A stretch of DNA of 64,000 nt from Nanobdellota archaeon (GTDB taxonomy: Archaea > Nanobdellota > Nanobdellia > Pacearchaeales > GW2011-AR1): contig DAHWUG010000001.1 in the NCBI GenBank assembly GCA_027334715.1, forward strand, positions 211,322 through 275,321, given 5' to 3'. The position numbers and the translations under genes are program-made. Positions 18,680 through 29,316 of this stretch are shown piece after piece. A model generated the notes under the pieces. It saw only the letters and a program-made list of their open reading frames with translations, was not told the origin of the DNA and did no database searches. The first letter of the stretch is position 1, and each line of letters begins with the position of its first letter.

Positions 18680-21600
18680 ATGGAAGAAAAAAAAGAAAGG
18701 AATGAATATACTGCATCTGAAATAAAAGTGCTTGAAGGCCTTGAAGGAGTAAGAAAAAGGCCTGCAATGTACATAGGCTCGACAGGAAAAGACGGCTTGC
18801 ATCATCTGGTTTATGAAGTTGTTGACAATTCTGTTGATGAAGCACTTGCCGGTTACTGTAAAAAGATAAAAGTCACGATAAACAAAGACGGCTCTGTCAC
18901 AGTCGATGATGATGGAAGAGGAATTCCAGTTGACATGCATCCTATCCTGAAGATTCCTGCTGTTGAAGTTGCATTAACAAAACTTCATGCAGGGGGAAAA
19001 TTTGACAAAAAAGCATATGTTATCTCAGGAGGTTTACATGGGGTTGGTGTAAGCGTCGTGAATGCCCTTTCAAAGAAGCTGATTGTTGAAGTAAAGCGAG
19101 ATGGAAGAGTATATACACAGGAATATTCAAAGGGAATAACAAAAACAAAACTAAAAGAGGGGGCAAAGGCAGAAGGAACAGGAACAACAGTAACTTTCTG
19201 GCCTGACGAGGAAATATTTTCAACAGTTGTTTTTGATTACAAGGTTCTTGAAAACAGATTCAGAGAAATAACCTTCCTTAATCCTGGCCTGAAAATACTT
19301 CTTGAAGATGAAAAGAGCGGAAAGAAAGAGGAATTTTATTCTTCAGGAGGGCTGATTGAGTTTGTAAAATGGCTAAACAAATCAAAAGAAGCCCTTCATA
19401 AGCCAATTTACTTCAAAAAAGAAGTTGACCACAGCGTAATAGAGGCTGCAATACAGTACAACAGCAGTTACCAGGAAAATATTTTCGGTTTTGTCAATAC
19501 AATAAACACAATTGAGGGAGGAACTCATGTTTCTGGCTTCAAGACAGCACTGACAAGGGTAATTAATGATTATGCAAAGAGCAAAGAGCTTCTTAAGGGA
19601 GAATCCTTGCAAGGAGATGATGTGAGAGAAGGCCTTACAGTTATAATCAGCCTAAAAATGCAGGAACCTCAGTTTGAAGGCCAGACAAAGACAAAATTGG
19701 GAAACTCGGAGATGAAAGGGTTTGTTGATTCTGCAACAACGCAAGCTCTGAGTGAATTTTTTGAGGAAAATCCAGGAATTGCAAGAATAATAACTGCAAA
19801 GGCGCTTGATTCTGCAAAGGCAAGGCTTGCTGCAAAAAAGGCAAAAGACCTCGTAAGAAGAAAAAATGCTTTTTCACTCGGAGGTTTGCCCGGAAAACTT
19901 GCTGATTGCTCTTCAAGAAAAACAGAAGACACTGAAATTTACATTGTAGAAGGGGAAAGCGCTGGAGGATGTTTTTCTATGAATACAGAAGTTGCGCTGG
20001 CTGATGGGAGAGATTTGTCTTTCAAAGAATTAGTTGAAGAACACCAACAGGGTAAAACAAATTTTTGCTATACTATAAACAAAAATGGAAGCATTGGAAT
20101 CGAGAAAATAGAAAATCCGAGAATAACTAAATCAAATGCAGAGGTTATTAAAGTCATTCTTGACAATAACCAAGAAATAATCTGCACTTTAGATCATAAA
20201 TTTATGCTTAGGGATGGAACTTATAAAGAAGCGAAACTTTTAACGCGGAATGATTCTCTTATGCCATTAAACAAGAAAATATCTAAAGTTGGCGGGAGAA
20301 TTACAATAGAAGGTTATGAAATGGTCTGGGATCCAAAGAGAAAATGGATATTTACACATATGCTTGCTGATGAGTACAATTTAAGGAACTATATTTATAC
20401 TAATAAACAGAATGAGGTTAGGCACCATATAGACTTCAATAAAAGGAACAATAATCCACGTAATATAACAAGATTAAACAAAGAACAGCACCTTCTTTTG
20501 CATACAGAACATCTAGACAGGACATTACATCGGCAAGATGTTAAAGAGAAAGCCAGACAAGCTCACAGAAATCCTGAATACAGAAAAAGAGTTAGCGATT
20601 GGGCAAAACAACCAGAGATTAAGAAGATGATGTCTGAAAGATCAAGAAAACTATGGGAAAATCCAGAATATAAAAGGAATATAATGGAAAAATATATAAA
20701 ATTTTATAATTCTAACGGAAAATATAGAGAAAATTTAAAAAAGAGATTTTATCAGCAACAGAAGGAATACTGGCTAAATTTAGAGAATAAGAAAAAAGCC
20801 TCAGAAAAACTTAAAAAATTCTTTGAGAAAAATCCAGATACTAAAGAATACCTTTCTAATCTGGCTAAAGAGCAATGGAAAGATGAGTTTCTTTTACTTT
20901 GGAGAAGACAAAAAACTAAAGAGCAATGGACTCCAGAATTTAGAAAAAAAAGAAAAGATTCATATAATCAAACTTATTACAGAAAAACAATAAGTTTAAT
21001 GAAGAGTATTGCTGAACGAGAAGGTAGCTTGAATAACTTTGATAATGTTAGGATTCAAGGCAGAGATAAATCTATACTCAGCCTAAAGGAATTTCAAAAA
21101 AGATTCTTTAATAGAGATAAAGAAGAAATGCTTGAGACTGTTAAAAATTATAATCATAAGATCAAGAGAATTGAGAGATTAACAGAGAGAATTGACGTTT
21201 ATGATATTGAAGTCCCAAACACCCATAATTTTGCCTTGGCTTCAGGTGTTTTTGTCCATAACAGTGCGAAAATGGCAAGAAACAAGGAAATTCAAGCTAT
21301 TCTTCCATTAAAGGGAAAAATCCTCAACGTCGAGAAATCAAGCCCTGTGCGCTCATTGTCAAGCGAGGAAATTGCGAACTTAATAACTGCAATAGGAACA
21401 GGAGTTGGGGAAAATTTCAATGTTGAAAACCTTAGATACAATAAAATAATAATAATGTCTGATGCAGATGTTGATGGGGAGCACATAAAAACGCTTTTGC
21501 TTACTCTTTTCTACAGATTCATGCCGCAGCTGATAGAAAGCTCGCACATTTATGTTGCCCTTCCTCCATTGTACAGGGTAAGAAAGGGGCAGAAAGACCA

Positions 21601-21865
21601 GTATGTTTATACCGATGAAGAACTTAAGAAAGAGGTCAGCAATGTTGATTCAAACAATGTCACAAGATTCAAAGGACTTGGAGAAATGAGCTCTACCCAG
21701 CTATGGGATACGACAATGAATCCAAAAACGAGAAAAATAAAAAAGATTTTCATAGAAGATGCTGTCGAGGCAGACAGCGTTTTCACAATGCTTATGGGAG
21801 ATGACGTGCAGGCAAGAAAGCTTTTCATCCAGGAAAATGCAAAAGAAGCTAATCTTGACATATAA
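18680..21865 (+). CDS. gyrB: DNA gyrase subunit B, containing an intein
   Basis: GyrB ATPase and TOPRIM motifs (LHHLVYEVVDNSVDEA; IVEGESAGG / SAKMARNKEIQAILPLKGKILNVEK) interrupted by a ~431-aa insertion. Confidence 0.9.
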   Translation: MEEKKERNEYTASEIKVLEGLEGVRKRPAMYIGSTGKDGLHHLVYEVVDNSVDEALAGYCKKIKVTINKDGSVTVDDDGRGIPVDMHPILKIPAVEVALTKLHAGGKFDKKAYVISGGLHGVGVSVVNALSKKLIVEVKRDGRVYTQEYSKGITKTKLKEGAKAEGTGTTVTFWPDEEIFSTVVFDYKVLENRFREITFLNPGLKILLEDEKSGKKEEFYSSGGLIEFVKWLNKSKEALHKPIYFKKEVDHSVIEAAIQYNSSYQENIFGFVNTINTIEGGTHVSGFKTALTRVINDYAKSKELLKGESLQGDDVREGLTVIISLKMQEPQFEGQTKTKLGNSEMKGFVDSATTQALSEFFEENPGIARIITAKALDSAKARLAAKKAKDLVRRKNAFSLGGLPGKLADCSSRKTEDTEIYIVEGESAGGCFSMNTEVALADGRDLSFKELVEEHQQGKTNFCYTINKNGSIGIEKIENPRITKSNAEVIKVILDNNQEIICTLDHKFMLRDGTYKEAKLLTRNDSLMPLNKKISKVGGRITIEGYEMVWDPKRKWIFTHMLADEYNLRNYIYTNKQNEVRHHIDFNKRNNNPRNITRLNKEQHLLLHTEHLDRTLHRQDVKEKARQAHRNPEYRKRVSDWAKQPEIKKMMSERSRKLWENPEYKRNIMEKYIKFYNSNGKYRENLKKRFYQQQKEYWLNLENKKKASEKLKKFFEKNPDTKEYLSNLAKEQWKDEFLLLWRRQKTKEQWTPEFRKKRKDSYNQTYYRKTISLMKSIAEREGSLNNFDNVRIQGRDKSILSLKEFQKRFFNRDKEEMLETVKNYNHKIKRIERLTERIDVYDIEVPNTHNFALASGVFVHNSAKMARNKEIQAILPLKGKILNVEKSSPVRSLSSEEIANLITAIGTGVGENFNVENLRYNKIIIMSDADVDGEHIKTLLLTLFYRFMPQLIESSHIYVALPPLYRVRKGQKDQYVYTDEELKKEVSNVDSNNVTRFKGLGEMSSTQLWDTTMNPKTRKIKKIFIEDAVEADSVFTMLMGDDVQARKLFIQENAKEANLDI
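19970..21262 (+). mobile_element. GyrB intein (Cys1 ... His-Asn / Ser+1) with an HNH-like region
   Basis: insertion begins CFSMNTEV right after GESAGG and ends FVHN before SAKMAR; internal HHIDFNKRNNNPRNITRLNKEQH resembles HNH. Confidence 0.75.
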
Positions 21866-21882
21866 AAAAAGGAAAAATAAAA

Positions 21883-22137
21883 ATGAAACTAAATATAAGA
21901 TGTCCAAAATGCGGCTCTGATAAAATCAGCATAACATCTGACGAAAAAGACCCGACACCGCTTTACAAGTGCGGAAAATGCGGATACAAAGGAAGGCTTT
22001 TTCCAAAGTTTGAAAGCGACAAAGATGTTGCTGAAGAGAATGAAAGCGAGGATGAGAATGAAGATGAACCAAATGAAGATGATGAAGATGAAGAAGGGCT
22101 AAGTGAGGACAAAAACGAAGAAACAGAGCAGTTTTGA
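21883..22137 (+). CDS. zinc-ribbon protein with an acidic tail
   Basis: CPKCGSDK...CGKCGYKG; E/D-rich C-terminus. Confidence 0.4.
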   Translation: MKLNIRCPKCGSDKISITSDEKDPTPLYKCGKCGYKGRLFPKFESDKDVAEENESEDENEDEPNEDDEDEEGLSEDKNEETEQF

Positions 22138-22148
22138 GGAGATAAATC

Positions 22149-22439
22149 ATGGGAAAACTAGCAACGCCAGAATGGATACTGAAAGGCTACAAATCAAAGG
22201 AAGAATTTGAGAGAAAAACAGGGAATAAAAACAGCGGCAGCAGCAACAAAAGCGGAAAAACTTACAAAGTCAAAAAATGCCCAAAGTGCGGAAGCACGAA
22301 CGTATCTGTTGTTCTTGGACAGGAAGAAGGGAGAGGAAAGAGCGAATGGGAATGCAAAAAATGCAAATGGACAGGAAAAGATGTTGAGGAGAAGGAAGTT
22401 GGAGAGGAAGAATTCATGAAAATGGGGGAGGAAAAATGA
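22149..22439 (+). CDS. zinc-ribbon protein (paralog of the upstream gene)
   Basis: CPKCGSTN...CKKCKWTG. Confidence 0.4.
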   Translation: MGKLATPEWILKGYKSKEEFERKTGNKNSGSSNKSGKTYKVKKCPKCGSTNVSVVLGQEEGRGKSEWECKKCKWTGKDVEEKEVGEEEFMKMGEEK

Positions 22440-22440
22440 G

Positions 22441-22842
22441 ATGGCAAAAATATTCATAGGACAAGCTGTAACAGGGCAGGATATTGCCAGCTTGCAGAGT
22501 GAAATGGAAAAGATTTATGATGTTCTGAAGCAGAAAGGACATTCTGTATACTCAACACTTGAAGAAGAAGGAAAAAACATGTTCAAAAAAGCAGGAGACT
22601 GGGTTATTCACGGGTTTAAGAAAATAGACGAATATGATGTATACTTAGCAATAGTAAGAACAGAGCATAGAAGCGAAGGAATGCTCATTGAAGTAGGCTA
22701 TACTCTAGCAAAAAAGAAGAAATTTATTCTTGCGATAAATGAAAACGTAAAAAACAGCTATCTTGCTGATTTTGCAGATAAAACCATTGTATGGAAAGAT
22801 TTTTCAGACATATTAAATAAGTTATCTAAATTAAAATTATAA
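22441..22842 (+). CDS. nucleoside 2-deoxyribosyltransferase-like (Rossmann-like) protein
   Basis: KIFIGQAV...VYLAIVRTEHRSEGMLIEVGYTLAKKKKFIL pattern. Confidence 0.35.
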   Translation: MAKIFIGQAVTGQDIASLQSEMEKIYDVLKQKGHSVYSTLEEEGKNMFKKAGDWVIHGFKKIDEYDVYLAIVRTEHRSEGMLIEVGYTLAKKKKFILAINENVKNSYLADFADKTIVWKDFSDILNKLSKLKL

Positions 22843-22845
22843 AAA

Positions 22846-25347
22846 ATGACAGACGAAAAAGAAACTGAAAAAAAACCAAAAACAGCTGAAAACAACGGAA
22901 ATAATAACCAGCAGAATGAGAAAGGCGTTATTGATGCAGAAATCTCTGAGGAAATGAAGAAAGCATATCTTGATTATGCGATGTCCGTAATCGTTGCTCG
23001 TGCTTTGCCGGCTGTTGAAGACGGACTGAAGCCTGTACAGAGAAGAATTCTTTATGCAATGAAAAGAGCTGGCATGACTTTTGACAAGCAGACAAAGAAA
23101 TCTGTTGCAGTTGTTGGAGATGTACTTAAATTATATCATCCGCATGGAGATACTTCTGTTTATGACGCTCTTGTAAGAATGGTTCAGGATTTCACGCTAA
23201 GATACCCCCTTGTTTTCGGGCAGGGAAATTTCGGAAGCATTGACAATGATCCTGCAGCTGCTTACAGGTATACTGAGGCAAAGCTGGCCAAAATTTCAGA
23301 AGATCTTCTCGAGGACATCGACAAAGAAACAGTTGAAATGATTCCCAATTTTGACAACTCAACGAAGGAGCCTGCACTTCTTCCGGGAAAGCTTCCTGCA
23401 TTGATGCTTAATGGAGCCTCCGGAATTGCAGTTGGAATGGCAACAAATATCCCTCCGCATAATCTTACAGAAGTCTGTGATGCCATAACAGAATACATAA
23501 AAAATCCAGAGATAAGCATTGAACAGCTTTCTCAGATTGTGACAGGTCCTGATTTTCCGACAGGAGGATATGTTTCAGGAGACATGAAAGAGTTATACAC
23601 AACAGGGAAAGGGCAGCTGATTCTAAGGGGGAAGACAACAACAGAGACAATAAGGAACAAGGAAGCTATTGTAATAACTGAAATACCTTACATGCTGAAC
23701 AAGTCTGACCTTGTAACACAGATTGCAGACATGATTCAGAAGAAAAAGATTGGAGATATCTATGATTTAAGGGATGAAAGCTCAAAAGGAAAAATAAGAA
23801 TTGTTGTAGAGCTAAGGAAAGGGGCAAATCCAAAGATGGTTACAAATGCACTTTACAAATACACAAGGCTCCAGGATTCATTCAATGTTAATTTCCTTGC
23901 TCTTGTTAAAGGACAGCCACGCATTTTGAATCTTAAGGAAGTTGTCAGGGAATATGTTGATTACAGAAAGAAGATAATCACAAACAGGACAAAATTCGAT
24001 TTAAAGAAAGCACAAGAAAGGCAGGAAATTGTCCTTGGGCTTATCATTGCCCTGAAAAACATTGATGAAGTGATTAGCACAATAAAGAAATCAAAGAATA
24101 CTACGGAAGCTTTGGAATCACTTGAGAAGAAATTTAAATTTACAAGAAATCAAAGCAAAGCTGTTTTGGAGACAAAGCTTCAGCAGCTGACAACACTTGA
24201 ACAGGACAAACTGAAAAAAGAAGAAGATGAACTAAAGCAAAAAATAGAGGAATTCAGGAAAATTCTTGGAGATATAAAAGAAGTTCTGAGGGTTATTCTG
24301 AGGGAAGTTTCTGAAATGAAGAGAAATTACGGGGACAACAGAAGAACATATGTCCTTCAGAAAATATCGGAAATATCTGAAAAAGATGTCATACAGAAAA
24401 AGGATGTTGTTGTTACAATAACTGACAAGGGATACTGCAAGAGAATGGACATACAATCATACAAGGAGCAGAAAAGAGGGGGAAAGGGAAGCATTGGAAG
24501 CAATCTTGCAACAGGTGATTTTGTAAAGCAGCTGATAACATGCTCAACGCACGACTATATGATGTTCTTCACGACAAAAGGCCGCGTTCTTTGGCTTAAA
24601 GCATATGATATACCGGAAGCAGAAAAATACAGCAAGGGAAAGGCACTTGCAAATCTCCTCAGCCTGAAAGATGAGAATGTTGCAAATGTTATTTCTGTAA
24701 ATAAATTTGAAGATAGTTTGTTCATGGCCACAAAACTTGGAATTGTAAAGAAAACTCCATTGGATAATTTTTCAAGCCCAAGAGCTTCAGGAATAAAAGC
24801 AATAAATCTCCCCGAGGATAATTCAGATGCCCTTATAGACGTGCATGTTGTGAAAAAAGGAGAAGAAGTTCTTCTAGCAACTAAGAAAGGCCAGGCAATA
24901 AGATTTGATGCAGATGATGTTAGGGACATGGGAAGAGCAAGCTATGGCGTTGCAGGAATAAAGCTCGACAAAGGAGATGAAGTTGTCAGCCTTGAGGTTT
25001 TAAAGAGCGAATCAATACTTACAATTACAAAAAATGGTTATGGAAAAAGAACAGAAGTCAAAGATTACAGAAAAACAGCAAGGGCTGGAAAAGGAGTTAT
25101 CAACCTCAAAGTTTCTGAAAAAACAGGGGACATTGTCACAACTGTTTCTGTAAATCCAGAGGATTCAATAATAATCACAACTGCAAAAGGCCTTGTCATG
25201 AGAACAAGCCTGAAAAACATAAGGATAATGGGAAGGGCAACGCAGGGAGTAAGGATTGTAAAGCTTGCCCCAGGCGATACTGTAACAGACTTAGTGCGTG
25301 TTGTTGAAGACACCAATGGGAACGGGAACGGGGAAGAGAAGAAGTAA
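22846..25347 (+). CDS. gyrA: DNA gyrase subunit A
   Basis: YAMSVIVARALPAVEDGLKPVQRRILYAM...HPHGDTSVYDALVRM. Confidence 0.9.
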   Translation: MTDEKETEKKPKTAENNGNNNQQNEKGVIDAEISEEMKKAYLDYAMSVIVARALPAVEDGLKPVQRRILYAMKRAGMTFDKQTKKSVAVVGDVLKLYHPHGDTSVYDALVRMVQDFTLRYPLVFGQGNFGSIDNDPAAAYRYTEAKLAKISEDLLEDIDKETVEMIPNFDNSTKEPALLPGKLPALMLNGASGIAVGMATNIPPHNLTEVCDAITEYIKNPEISIEQLSQIVTGPDFPTGGYVSGDMKELYTTGKGQLILRGKTTTETIRNKEAIVITEIPYMLNKSDLVTQIADMIQKKKIGDIYDLRDESSKGKIRIVVELRKGANPKMVTNALYKYTRLQDSFNVNFLALVKGQPRILNLKEVVREYVDYRKKIITNRTKFDLKKAQERQEIVLGLIIALKNIDEVISTIKKSKNTTEALESLEKKFKFTRNQSKAVLETKLQQLTTLEQDKLKKEEDELKQKIEEFRKILGDIKEVLRVILREVSEMKRNYGDNRRTYVLQKISEISEKDVIQKKDVVVTITDKGYCKRMDIQSYKEQKRGGKGSIGSNLATGDFVKQLITCSTHDYMMFFTTKGRVLWLKAYDIPEAEKYSKGKALANLLSLKDENVANVISVNKFEDSLFMATKLGIVKKTPLDNFSSPRASGIKAINLPEDNSDALIDVHVVKKGEEVLLATKKGQAIRFDADDVRDMGRASYGVAGIKLDKGDEVVSLEVLKSESILTITKNGYGKRTEVKDYRKTARAGKGVINLKVSEKTGDIVTTVSVNPEDSIIITTAKGLVMRTSLKNIRIMGRATQGVRIVKLAPGDTVTDLVRVVEDTNGNGNGEEKK

Positions 25348-25669
25348 AAATAAAAGCCATTCTGATATTTCTAAAAAGAAAAGAATTATCTACATTATAC
25401 ATACATAAAACATGCAGGAATATAAATCAATTGGAATTATACATGATACAAGTTAGAAAGTTAAGGAATGATTTTTTATAAGAAAACTTGTTTCATTAAC
25501 ATGGTTACAGGTATGAAATTCTAGATGCTTTGAAGAGTTATCAGCATGAAAACATAGGCATTTAAACTTATTTTTACGCTAACATAAACAAGTCACGGAT
25601 TAATTCATGCTATTCGCCCATAAGGATAACGAACGCCGGGCCTTGAATGAGGTAAGCGTTTTATTTTAT

Positions 25670-26872
25670 TTAACCAGAAACATTATATTCACATTCTTGG
25701 CTGCTTGAATTCCAGTAATCATATCCTTTAGTCTGACAACATGCATCATTTTGCCCAGGCGTTACTGTTGCGCAGCTTGAACCAAGCAATTGCCCATTAT
25801 TTGTTGCCTGTATATTGCTTGCCAAAAATCCCCACCATGGCGCATTTTCATTTGATACATTGCCTGTTTGCGCATCAACATGCCATGAAACATGCTCCTG
25901 AACTTTGAACAATCCAAGGAATCTTGCCTGCTTCTCTGCCTGAACTTTGTATTGTCCTGAAGAATCAAGAGTTATGTTGGTATTATTCAATGAAGCATTT
26001 GTTCTTTGCAAAATTAATTTCTGTACATCATCAGGGAAATAACTAATTAAGGTTGTTGTGTTGTTTCCAAGAATAGCATAAACGCTTCCATTGCTTTTGT
26101 ATAGCTGAACCTGTGTTGAGGCATTAACTCCCCTTACCTGAAGAATTACATTGCCTGAATTTCCAGCAATGACAGCCATTGCCTTCTGCACTACAAACCT
26201 GCTCTTTATTTCTATCTGGATATGCGCATTGCTTCCTGCTGCTTCAATATCTGAAACTGTTTCATTTACAAAAGTGTTAAGCAAGGTTCTCTGGTTATTT
26301 GTTATTCCGCCTTCAATTTCAACTTCAGGGGTATGACCATTTTCTACATTGATGTTTATCTGCACTTCATTTGTTCCGTTCTGCAAATTTGATTTTAAAT
26401 CATCTAAAGTTTGCTGTGTTGCTGCAGAGAGGTTTACATTTTCTGAAGAAACCTGAACAGCTACCTGCATCTGTCCGCCAACATTGCATTTTATCACATC
26501 TCCTGTTTCCTTGCATCCATCAGGTGCATTGCCAACAGAAAGCCTGTTTTGTGCCTGCAATGCTTCTTGTATGTCTCCCGCATCCTGCCCTTCACGCACC
26601 CTTATACTTGTATTTACACCATTATTTTCAACTTCAACCTGATGTTCTCTGCTATCTTGCTGTTCTGAATTTACTGTTGCATTTGCATTTCCAGAATCAG
26701 TACCAATTTCCGCATTTATTGTTGCGTTTGCATTTCCAGAATCAGTGCCAACTCCTGCATTTGCACTGACACCCGGACCATTTCCACCATCATCCGCATT
26801 TGTAACAAAAGAATGAACTAAAATTCCAAATAAAATAACAAAAATAAATACTGAAATCAGCCCTTTTTTCAT
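25670..26872 (-). CDS. secreted repetitive surface protein, Cys-rich at the C-terminus
   Basis: signal peptide; GTDSGNANAT repeats; shadow ORFs on the opposite strand. Confidence 0.4.
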   Translation of the reverse strand: MKKGLISVFIFVILFGILVHSFVTNADDGGNGPGVSANAGVGTDSGNANATINAEIGTDSGNANATVNSEQQDSREHQVEVENNGVNTSIRVREGQDAGDIQEALQAQNRLSVGNAPDGCKETGDVIKCNVGGQMQVAVQVSSENVNLSAATQQTLDDLKSNLQNGTNEVQININVENGHTPEVEIEGGITNNQRTLLNTFVNETVSDIEAAGSNAHIQIEIKSRFVVQKAMAVIAGNSGNVILQVRGVNASTQVQLYKSNGSVYAILGNNTTTLISYFPDDVQKLILQRTNASLNNTNITLDSSGQYKVQAEKQARFLGLFKVQEHVSWHVDAQTGNVSNENAPWWGFLASNIQATNNGQLLGSSCATVTPGQNDACCQTKGYDYWNSSSQECEYNVSG

Positions 26873-26906
26873 AATCTGGACTAAAGGAAAATTGGTTTTA
26901 AATACT

Positions 26907-28106
26907 TTATGGAATAATCCTGCCCCAGCCTATAAGGCGCCAGTGACCTTCTATGTTTCTTGCTATTCCTACATTGTCGTCCTTAAGTGCTACTACCGGA
27001 ATGTTTAATGACATTTCAACGTCATTTTTTGATATTTTTTCAACAGTGCCCACAGTTATCGTTGTGTTTATGCTTAGCATTAGCAATTCCTTAACTCTTA
27101 TTGAATCCACTGATTTTTCATTTCCCAAACCAAAAATCTGCGGGAAGAGTTTTGCTTCAATCTTTATCCTGTGTTTTATTTCAGGCAGCTGACCCTTTAA
27201 TGAAGCAATGCATCCTGTGAGCGAATCTGCCTTTGTTATGAATGGATCCAGAGAAGTTTCTATAGATATGCTTGCGCCAGGAGAAACTTCATCAACTTTT
27301 TCATCTCCTTTTCTTAATGAAAGGATTTTTGTGAAAAGCGTCTTGTAAATTGTTTCATCATGCTTCTTTGAGCTTATGCCGGGCTTTATTTCTATTTCAT
27401 CACCGACTTTTAAGATGCCTTTTTTTAGAATTCCTCCAATAACTCCGCCCCTTATTTTTTCTACTTCTGTTCCGGGTCTGTTTATATCAAAGCTTCTTGC
27501 AATCAAGAAAAAAGGGCTTGATTTTGTATCTCTTTCTGGAATCATTATCAGTGCCAGCTCTTCAAAAATTCTGCTTATGTTTATCTCTTGCTGGGCAGAA
27601 ACAGGAATTATTGGCGCGTTTTCTGCAATGCTTCCCTTAAGGAATTTTTTTATTTCATTATAATTCTCCAACGCCTTTTTTTTGTCAACAAGGTCTATTT
27701 TATTCTGCACAACTATTATGTTCTTCACATTTTTTGCCTGAAGAGCCATTAAATGTTCCCTTGTCTGAGGTTTTATGCCTTCATTTGCAGCTATAACAAG
27801 GATGGCAGCATCAATTACAGCTGCGCCGGACAGCATTGTTGCCATAAGCATTTCATGGCCCGGAGCATCAATAAAACTTACATATCTCTGTATCTGACCT
27901 TTGCCTTTGTTATTATAATTCTCACCATCTTTGTAAATCACTGTTTCCGCATATCCCAGCTTTATCGTAATCCCCCTTTTCAATTCCTCTGAATGGGTAT
28001 CTGTAAACTTCCCGGTTAGCTTGCTTAGCAGGGTCGTTTTTCCGTGGTCGATATGGCCCACAACCCCAACATTAAGCTCTGGAATATTTTTTTCATTATT
28101 AGCCAT
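26907..28106 (-). CDS. eif2g: translation initiation factor aIF2 gamma subunit
   Basis: NVGVVGHIDHGKTTLLSKLTGKFTDTHSEELKRGITIKLGYAE. Confidence 0.85.
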   Translation of the reverse strand: MANNEKNIPELNVGVVGHIDHGKTTLLSKLTGKFTDTHSEELKRGITIKLGYAETVIYKDGENYNNKGKGQIQRYVSFIDAPGHEMLMATMLSGAAVIDAAILVIAANEGIKPQTREHLMALQAKNVKNIIVVQNKIDLVDKKKALENYNEIKKFLKGSIAENAPIIPVSAQQEINISRIFEELALIMIPERDTKSSPFFLIARSFDINRPGTEVEKIRGGVIGGILKKGILKVGDEIEIKPGISSKKHDETIYKTLFTKILSLRKGDEKVDEVSPGASISIETSLDPFITKADSLTGCIASLKGQLPEIKHRIKIEAKLFPQIFGLGNEKSVDSIRVKELLMLSINTTITVGTVEKISKNDVEMSLNIPVVALKDDNVGIARNIEGHWRLIGWGRIIP

Positions 28107-28156
28107 GAAAATTTAAGATAAAACGGGTTTTTAAGGGTTTTGAGGAAAAAATAAGT

Positions 28157-28462
28157 TTACCTGCTTCTAGAATTATTATCCTCACATTCATGGGCATTAA
28201 CAACTTCCTCGCTTCCAAGTCCCATAAAATATCTTTTTAATGTCAACCTGTACTCTCTTCCAGTTTTCAGTGAATCTGGAGTAAATCCTACTCCTGCATT
28301 ATAAATTTCATTCCCAAAAAATACTTTTTGTTCACCTTCTGGCATAATATTATGATATCCCCTATATCTTATGCATTCTGTTTTTTTTGTTGGTCCTGAC
28401 AAAACAAATGTTCCTACTAATCCAATTCCGCCGACAATAGCTGCCAATTTTCTTGCATTCAT
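28157..28462 (-). CDS. small secreted/TM hypothetical protein
   Basis: N-terminal hydrophobic segment. Confidence 0.25.
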   Translation of the reverse strand: MNARKLAAIVGGIGLVGTFVLSGPTKKTECIRYRGYHNIMPEGEQKVFFGNEIYNAGVGFTPDSLKTGREYRLTLKRYFMGLGSEEVVNAHECEDNNSRSR

Positions 28463-28466
28463 TTTA

Positions 28467-28820
28467 TTATGGGTATTTGTTGAAATAATTATTTATTTCT
28501 GCTTCTAACTTCCGTTTAATATCCTTTAATTGACTTATTGATAAATCTCTACCTTCTTGCCCTGTATACTTGCTTCCCAACCCAATTTCATCATATGCAG
28601 CTGCCCATTCCTCTGTTTGTGTTCTATTATCCATGAATCCTGGCCTGTTTGGACCAAGTTTTAATCCGCTATAATCAATATTCGGCAGTTGATCTGCTAG
28701 GACAGCGACATCTTTGCTTAATACATCTTTTATAGCATCGCGGGTAATTCCTATGCTTGCAGGAATAGTCATTGCTGCTATAAGACCGTAACCCAATACT
28801 TTTCTTAATATCTCTTTCAT
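28467..28820 (-). CDS. small secreted hypothetical protein
   Basis: N-terminal hydrophobic segment. Confidence 0.25.
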   Translation of the reverse strand: MKEILRKVLGYGLIAAMTIPASIGITRDAIKDVLSKDVAVLADQLPNIDYSGLKLGPNRPGFMDNRTQTEEWAAAYDEIGLGSKYTGQEGRDLSISQLKDIKRKLEAEINNYFNKYP

Positions 28821-29316
28821 TTTATTTTTTTTCTCCTTTTTTATTTTTTGTTTATAACATCAATCTTTTGATTAGGGAAGGCATGAAATTAATACCGTCG
28901 CTGCAATTACGGGACATGTATACTCCCGCATTAACGCACCTTTCTGCAAGATTTGCTTCTTCTTCTGACCTTGTTCTTGATATTCTTTCATCCAGGTCAT
29001 ATACGTCGATATCTCCTCCCTGTGCTATATAATCAGCTTTTGTTTTTGTCATAGTTCTTCCAGAAATCCGGTATTTATAAATGTTTCTATTTTGTTACTA
29101 CTTTAAAAGAACATCAAACTATCTTCTGTTATCATCTTCATCCCTTCTATTGGCTCTTCCCTCAACATAATTTTCAGGGTCATTAATCCCATCCAATTGA
29201 TGTGGTTCCAGAAATCGTGCCTTAAAAAATTTTCTTGCACCGCCCTTTTTTTCTATCTCATCAGTGATCCAGCCCCTTCCATCTTGACTTTCATAGCTGG
29301 GATTTGTCATATTAAT

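Noticed and set aside
18680-25347. Multiple 60-125-aa ORFs antisense to gyrB and gyrA
   Set aside because: Embedded in highly conserved coding regions on the opposite strand; shadow ORFs.
25540-25660. Locally GC-richer intergenic stretch downstream of gyrA as a possible ncRNA (SRP/RNase P)
   Set aside because: No recognisable conserved motifs or extended helices could be identified by eye; insufficient evidence.
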